NCBI GenBank assembly: GCA_036338695.1
Contig: JAYZBQ010000084.1
Location: 1-21,781, forward strand
Direction of reading: 5' to 3'
Length of the DNA stretch: 21,781 bases
Source: Myxococcota bacterium
Lineage (GTDB): Bacteria > Myxococcota > UBA4151
The notes below the pieces were generated by a model. The model worked only from the letters and a program-made list of their open reading frames with translations. It did not search any database and was not told the DNA's origin. Both the position numbers and the translations under genes were made by a program. Position 1 is the stretch's first letter, and each line of letters starts with the position of its first letter. Below, piece after piece: positions 16,519 to 21,781 of this stretch.

Positions 16519-19107
16519 ATGAGAATCTCGATCATCACCGTCGTGCTGCTCCTTGGTGCGTGTACCCAAGAGCCTCAAGAGCCTGTCTACACACCCATTC
16601 CGTTGCAAAAGGGCGCTCCTTTGGCGGCGGTCGAGAGCGGCTACCTTCGCCTGCCGGCTGGGGTGCCGATGGGTGGTTACACGTCGCGCGACGCCGCCTT
16701 TGGCGGGACGCGTACTCGGCCGCGCGATCTGCGCAAGAGCAACTGGACCTCAAAATTCCACCCCAGCGCCGGACAGCTGACGGGCGTGCCGCTGCAGACG
16801 CTTTGGGTCACCAATGGCGATCGCCACATGGTCGTTTTGCGCGTGGATCTCATCGCCGCCTTTGACGGGCTGGTGTTCGAGATCGAGCGGCGCTTGTCGT
16901 CGATCCTGGGTGAAGACCTCAGCGGGCAGGTGGCGATGGTGACGTCGCACAGCCACTCGTCGCCCGCAGCGCACCACCAGAGCTTGCAATTCGCGCTGGG
17001 GTTTGACCGCTATGACCCGCGTATCTTTGAGCGCATCGTGGATCAGGCGGTCAATCAGGCGCTGCGCGCGCACAGTCGGCTCGCTCCCGCTCAGCTCGGC
17101 GTGGGTTTGATGCCCAACGCAGACCCGAAAGACGTCGATGAGCTGTGGCGTGATCGGCGCACCGAGAATGATGACCTCGTGGACATCGACGGGCAGCCCA
17201 CCGGCGCGGGCTACAAGGACCCGTCGGCGCAGATTTTGCGCGTCGATTCCGCCGATGGCGAGCTGCTCGCCGTGCTGCTTAACGTGGGGCTTCATGGCAC
17301 CAATTTTGACGACGATAACTGCTGGTCGCACTGGGACGCGCCGGGCGCCGTCGCTTATGGTCTGAGCGCGCGCCTCGCCGGCGTGCCCGTCTTTCTATTG
17401 CAGGGGGCAGGAGGCGACACCTCGCCATCCGGTCGCGGCGCCACGGCGATGACCAAGGTCGACGATCTGGCGCGTCGCGCCGGGGCTCGCTTGGCGCCCT
17501 TGGTCGAGGCCACGCAGACCTCTGGCGAACCCATAGCGCTGGATCTCGCACACCTGAGCATGGAGCAGAGCCATCAAGCGTTTCGCGTGGCGCGCCGTGG
17601 GACCACCGAGTTTCACTACGCGGCGGTAACGCTCGATCAGTACGGTCAGCCGACCGAGACGCCGGACAATCAGATCTACGATGCGCAAGGCGCCGTGATC
17701 CAAGCCATCGATGAGTTCCCGGCGCCGATGGGTGCCGGTCTCTGCGGTGAGGCGGTCGGCGTCCCCTTCGGCTCGATCGGGATGGGCTTCTCGGGCGTCG
17801 AGGTCTATCCCTACGATCGCTGCGCCGTCATCGACAAGCTGATGCCTGTGATTGCGTCACGCTTCGAGGTGGATGAGCGGACGGTGCTTGGAGGGAGCGC
17901 CTCGGCGCCCCGCAATGTGGAGCCTGCCATGGCGACCAGTCTGGTCGCCTTTGGTCACATCGACTCGCTGCCGATCACCACCCTCGAGGGCGGGCAGGCG
18001 CAGACGGTCACGGGGCGAGCGGGGTGGATGTTCTTGCCGGGCGAGACGACCACGCTGTTGACGCTGCGGGCCAAGCGTTATCTGACCGACTTGGGGTACA
18101 GCGCAGCCTTTGTCGTCGGCTACGCAATGGACCACGAAGGCTACCTGCTGACGGTCGAGGACTGGGTCGTCGGTGGCTATGAGACCAGCATCAACGTGTG
18201 GGGGCCGCTGCAGGGTGAGTATCTCCTCGAGGGCGCGCTCACCCTTGCGGAGCGGGCGCTCGGTGGTGACCGAATTCGCACCGATGACCTCGGCATCCCG
18301 GCGCCGGTCTACGCCGAGTTCGATCTGGGCTTTGAGCCCCCCGTAGACACGGACGAGCCCACCCCATCTGCGGGACGTGTGCTCACCGAGCTTCCGGACG
18401 AGACCTTGTTGCTCCCGCTGAACATGGAGGCGGACGCGCTGGACCTGCTGGCGACGTCGGCGCCGGTGCGCGCCCTGACCGATGTGTACGCCGCCACCTT
18501 TGAGGGGGGCGACGTCGGCGTCGATGCGCCGCGCGCCGTTCTTGAGCGTGCCGACGGGGACCGGTTCGTCCCCGTGGTGGGGCGCGATGGGATCGCCGTC
18601 GACAGCGATGGGCCAGGGGTTTTGATGGGCTACAGCCCCACGCCGCCTAGGCGTCTGGACGTGGCGCGTCGACACCTCTGGACGATCATCTGGCAGCCTG
18701 TCGGCGAGGGCGTTCGAGTCGGGGATTGGGCTGCCTTGGAGCATGGCACGTATCGCTTCGTCGTCGAGGGCCAGGCTCGTCGCGCAGCGGGTTCGGACGT
18801 CGAGCCGTACCGGATCGAGCTGCCGAGCTTTGAGGTCGAGCCGACGAGCATCACGATCGAGGAGGGCGTCGCACGGTATGCGGCGAGCCCGCTGGGCTAC
18901 CGAGCGCGCGGCGACAGCGCAGAGCCGCTCGAGGCGTCGCCACTGCCAGCGGGGATGGCGCTGCGCGTCACCTGCGCAAGTAATGATCAGGTGACCTATG
19001 AAGGGGACGTGACGGTGGGCGAAGCGGGCGCGGTGACGCTGAACCTTCCAGATGATGGATCAACTTGCTCCCTAGTTGATCCCTATGGCAACGGCGGGTT
19101 GCTGTAG
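16519..19107 (+). CDS. Neutral/alkaline ceramidase-family lipoprotein
   Basis: ATG at 16519 after AAGGGGAG; lipobox LLGA-C; PMGGY, SHSHSSP, RDRR, GLHGT, QGAGGDTSP, PGETTT, GYAMDHEGY, GGYE motifs; C-terminal GTYRFVVEG beta domain. Confidence 0.82.
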   Translation: MRISIITVVLLLGACTQEPQEPVYTPIPLQKGAPLAAVESGYLRLPAGVPMGGYTSRDAAFGGTRTRPRDLRKSNWTSKFHPSAGQLTGVPLQTLWVTNGDRHMVVLRVDLIAAFDGLVFEIERRLSSILGEDLSGQVAMVTSHSHSSPAAHHQSLQFALGFDRYDPRIFERIVDQAVNQALRAHSRLAPAQLGVGLMPNADPKDVDELWRDRRTENDDLVDIDGQPTGAGYKDPSAQILRVDSADGELLAVLLNVGLHGTNFDDDNCWSHWDAPGAVAYGLSARLAGVPVFLLQGAGGDTSPSGRGATAMTKVDDLARRAGARLAPLVEATQTSGEPIALDLAHLSMEQSHQAFRVARRGTTEFHYAAVTLDQYGQPTETPDNQIYDAQGAVIQAIDEFPAPMGAGLCGEAVGVPFGSIGMGFSGVEVYPYDRCAVIDKLMPVIASRFEVDERTVLGGSASAPRNVEPAMATSLVAFGHIDSLPITTLEGGQAQTVTGRAGWMFLPGETTTLLTLRAKRYLTDLGYSAAFVVGYAMDHEGYLLTVEDWVVGGYETSINVWGPLQGEYLLEGALTLAERALGGDRIRTDDLGIPAPVYAEFDLGFEPPVDTDEPTPSAGRVLTELPDETLLLPLNMEADALDLLATSAPVRALTDVYAATFEGGDVGVDAPRAVLERADGDRFVPVVGRDGIAVDSDGPGVLMGYSPTPPRRLDVARRHLWTIIWQPVGEGVRVGDWAALEHGTYRFVVEGQARRAAGSDVEPYRIELPSFEVEPTSITIEEGVARYAASPLGYRARGDSAEPLEASPLPAGMALRVTCASNDQVTYEGDVTVGEAGAVTLNLPDDGSTCSLVDPYGNGGLL

Positions 19108-19205
19108 CGGACGAGGTCGCTCGCTACGCGCTCGAGTCGGCCGCCCATGTGGACGCCCTGCGCCGCTCGATCGACACCTTCTAGGGCGAATAAGGATCAT
19201 CATCG

Positions 19206-20231
19206 ATGAACGACCCCATGGCGATACTTTTGATCGTGGTTTTGGTAAGCGCAGCCGTTGCGCTGTGGATGCTCGACGGCACCTATCGAGGGCGCCTGCT
19301 CAAGACGGGCAAGCGTGCGGCTGACGCCGAGGACAAGGCGAGCAAGCTGAGCGAGACCGTCGCTGAGCTGCGCAGCGAGCGCGACAAGACGCGCCAGCGC
19401 ATCGAGCGCCTCGAGAAGGATCGAGACACCGAGCGCGAGCAGGTCCGCAAGCTCAAGGCCAAGGTTAAGCGTCAGGCGCAAAGCAAAGCGGTCAGCAGCC
19501 AAGATGTCGTTGACGATTCCGACGAGCTCAAGCGGGTCAACGCCGAGCTCAAGGTGCTGCGTACCGAGCTTGAGACGCGCTTGGGTGAGGAGGCTGGACA
19601 GCAGAGCCAGCTGGAGCGGATGACCGAAGAGCTCGAGGATGCTCGAGAGCGGCTTGCGAGCTTTGAGGCTCAAGCCAAGAAGATGAGCCGCGGCGTGCGC
19701 GTGCGCCTGGTAGACTCGGACGTCGAGGCTGCGAAAGAGGACCTGCCGGCCTTCATGAAGCGCATCAAAACCGAGATGGCGATTCTTGAGCGCAAGGTGG
19801 TGCGCAACCACGAAGCGTTCCTGAGCCAGCAAGGAAAGACGGACGTCGCAACCGAGAAGCTCAAAACCATGCGGGATCGCTACCGCGCCGTGTGCCGCGA
19901 GCTCGCCGTGCTCATCTCGGGGAATCAGAACCTCGATGAGCAAGAGGCGCAAGCGGTGGCCGAGGAGGCGGTCGAAGCCGCCGACGACGCTGCGAGTTGG
20001 GTGGGCTCGGAGAGCCTGACGGACGAGGTAGCAGGCGATGAGGATGCCGCTGCGCTCGCGCCGTTGGGCGCCGACCCGGAGCCTGCGGATGCTGAGACCC
20101 CGGAAGCTGAGACCTCGGAAGCTCAGGAGACCGCCTCGGACACCGACGATGTGGCTCAAGAGGACCAAGCTGCTGATGAGACGCCGGCGACCGATGAGGC
20201 AGCCGATGAGCAGCAGGCGGCTGAGGCCTAA
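19206..20231 (+). CDS. Membrane-anchored coiled-coil protein with acidic low-complexity tail
   Basis: N-terminal hydrophobic helix, about 230 aa of K/E/R-rich heptads, D/E/A-rich tail; AAGGA SD. Confidence 0.8.
   Translation: MNDPMAILLIVVLVSAAVALWMLDGTYRGRLLKTGKRAADAEDKASKLSETVAELRSERDKTRQRIERLEKDRDTEREQVRKLKAKVKRQAQSKAVSSQDVVDDSDELKRVNAELKVLRTELETRLGEEAGQQSQLERMTEELEDARERLASFEAQAKKMSRGVRVRLVDSDVEAAKEDLPAFMKRIKTEMAILERKVVRNHEAFLSQQGKTDVATEKLKTMRDRYRAVCRELAVLISGNQNLDEQEAQAVAEEAVEAADDAASWVGSESLTDEVAGDEDAAALAPLGADPEPADAETPEAETSEAQETASDTDDVAQEDQAADETPATDEAADEQQAAEA
20091..20120 (+). repeat. 15-bp in-frame tandem duplication (AETPE/AETSE)
   Basis: GCTGAGACCCCGGAA / GCTGAGACCTCGGAA (1 mismatch), followed by a degenerate partial copy. 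Confidence 0.7.
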
Positions 20232-20235
20232 GCTG

Positions 20236-20508
20236 ATGGCACAGGTGGTCGTCTACAGCGCTCAGCCCTGTCCGTACTGTACCTTCGCTAAACGCCTCCT
20301 TGAGGCGCGCGGGGTGGCGTACGATGAGCGTGACCTAACCGGCGATTTTGAGCAGCGGATGCGCTTGATTGAGCGCACGGGCAAGCGCACCGTGCCGCAG
20401 ATCTTCTTTGGGGATCATCTGGTGGGCGGTTACGACGAGCTAGCCGCCTTGGATCGCTCGGGCGAGCTCATGCCGCTCCTGAAGGAGCATGTCGGCGGCG
20501 TAGACTAG
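20236..20508 (+). CDS. grxC: Dithiol glutaredoxin (Grx3-like)
   Basis: CPYC, RTVPQIF, VGGYDEL; ATG at 20236, 4 nt after the upstream stop; 90 aa. Confidence 0.92.
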   Translation: MAQVVVYSAQPCPYCTFAKRLLEARGVAYDERDLTGDFEQRMRLIERTGKRTVPQIFFGDHLVGGYDELAALDRSGELMPLLKEHVGGVD

Positions 20509-21781
20509 AGCTGAAGCTCGCCGGGCGTCAGCCTGAGCTCAGAGTAACCATCGGCTCGCAAAACGCCGTAGACGCTTCGATCGTTTGGTTGGGGTAAATC
20601 GATGGCGCCGTCCGCGTCACTCAGGCGCGTCCCGAGCTCTTCGCCGTCGCCAGAATAGGTGGTGAGCGTGACACCGCCGAGCCCGCGCGCCGAGTCGGCG
20701 TCGCGCACCTTCAGGTGCACAAAACCGTTCTCGACGCGCCGCTCGAACGCCATCGCCTCGACCGTGATCTGCCCTGAGACCGAGCGCGCAACCACGCCCT
20801 GATCAGCCCACGGGCTGCCCTCGGCCCACCAGCCGGCGAGGGGCTGGTTTGGATCGGTGTCGTGGAGCGCAAAGCCTCCAGTCACGATCACCGTGACGGT
20901 GTCTTGCCACTCACGCCGCTCCATTGCGGACATCAACCGCTCGAGCATAACGTCGATCGCCCCAAGCGCCTGTTGCGCCTCCTCGCTCGCCACGCCAAAT
21001 TGAGCGGCGAGGTCATGATAGATCCCGAGGCGGGTGACCGTGAGGTTCGGTCGGTCGCCTGGAACCTGCAGACCGGTGATCATGCGCTGGGTATATTCGG
21101 CCAGGATGATCGATCGCTCCCAAGCTTCATACGCCGCACCCTCGAGCCCATCGGGCGCCGCAGGGAGGTCAGCGAAACCGGGCTCACGTCCAATGTTCAG
21201 CCACCCTTCGCCGCCCGGCCCCGTACGCTCGAGCGTGTTCGTGGTGGCGCCGAGCGCAGCGGGGCTGCCTGCGGTGACTGACCAGGGCGACTCCATCGCC
21301 TCGTTGGGGCGCGCCGTGAGCGCCTGATAAAGGGTCTCAGCGGTCGCCCGACTGCGCGCCTGAACGAGGCGCTGCTGACCCTCAGCCATGAGGTCATCAA
21401 CGCGCCCGTCGGCGCGGTCATAGAGGCGGTTGTGGTACACGCCGTGGTGCCCCGACCAGAGCCCCGTCAGGAGCGTGTGGTGGGTGGGCTGGGTGAGGCT
21501 CGGGTAGCCTGGTTTGAGCCCTTGCGCGAGGTGAAGACCGCCGGCTTTTAGCTTAGAAAATCCCTGCGAGCCGTCGATAAACTCGTCGAGCACGGCGTCG
21601 CTGAGCCCATCGACGACGATGAGGACGACCTGCTGAGTCGAGCCGCTTGAGATGACGCCGGGTTGCGCCTGACCGTCCACCCGCGCCCCCGCGGTGAGAA
21701 CCACCGCACCCTCAGGCGCGCGGCCCAGCGTTTCGCCGCGGCCCCCCGCCGCCCCCACGGTCGGCGCCCCCTCGCCGCTGT
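20505..21781 (-). CDS. Alkaline phosphatase-superfamily (nucleotide pyrophosphatase/phosphodiesterase-like) protein, probably 5'-partial, with degenerate active site
   Basis: VVLIVVDGL and YPSLTQPTHHTLLTGLWSGHHGVYHN; frame is open to the window edge (GTG at 21758 is an alternative start); beta-rich C-terminal domain. Confidence 0.75.
   Translation of the reverse strand, partial: SGEGAPTVGAAGGRGETLGRAPEGAVVLTAGARVDGQAQPGVISSGSTQQVVLIVVDGLSDAVLDEFIDGSQGFSKLKAGGLHLAQGLKPGYPSLTQPTHHTLLTGLWSGHHGVYHNRLYDRADGRVDDLMAEGQQRLVQARSRATAETLYQALTARPNEAMESPWSVTAGSPAALGATTNTLERTGPGGEGWLNIGREPGFADLPAAPDGLEGAAYEAWERSIILAEYTQRMITGLQVPGDRPNLTVTRLGIYHDLAAQFGVASEEAQQALGAIDVMLERLMSAMERREWQDTVTVIVTGGFALHDTDPNQPLAGWWAEGSPWADQGVVARSVSGQITVEAMAFERRVENGFVHLKVRDADSARGLGGVTLTTYSGDGEELGTRLSDADGAIDLPQPNDRSVYGVLRADGYSELRLTPGELQL

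Noticed and set aside
1894..20168. Long alternative-frame and antisense ORFs (e.g. 1894..2655, 4665..5567, 8214..9077, 14138..15052, 17857..18744, 19200..20168)
   Set aside because: Shadow ORFs typical of high-GC DNA; they overlap well-supported genes and have no recognisable motifs.
20505..20508. Convergent genes sharing a CTAG (both TAG stops)
   Set aside because: Real, but a common 4-nt convergent overlap with no evidence of a special function.

Overview
A GC-rich bacterial chromosomal window with Myxococcota hallmarks (a MYXO-CTERM-type sorting signal, myxobacterial CGDG/CDDGN disulfide repeats, PDAG linkers); the taxonomy is inferred, not database-confirmed. In order: (1) a stand-alone sigma70-region-4 HTH protein with a Cys/His cluster, a small putative outer-membrane beta-barrel and a translationally coupled secreted Zn-hydrolase-like protein (PLC/P1-nuclease/Het-C-type motifs) with a MYXO-CTERM tail; (2) purH-purD-purE followed by an acyl-CoA carboxylase beta subunit; (3) a minus-strand run of five overlapping genes (membrane class III adenylate cyclase, lipoprotein with two ExbD/TolR-like modules, class IV aminotransferase, coiled-coil NYN nuclease, SpoIID/LytB) followed by a 14-repeat Cys-rich lipoprotein; (4) a divergent neutral-ceramidase-like lipoprotein whose ribosome-binding site is buried in an 11-bp hairpin, a membrane-anchored coiled-coil protein, a glutaredoxin, and a probably truncated NPP-family protein with degenerate metal ligands. 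I saw no rRNA, tRNA, CRISPR array, transposase or integrase. The best candidates for undescribed biology are the five-gene coupled run, the barrel/Zn-hydrolase pair, the Cys/His sigma4 protein and the SD-sequestering hairpin. All calls come from motif recognition by eye; no searches were run.
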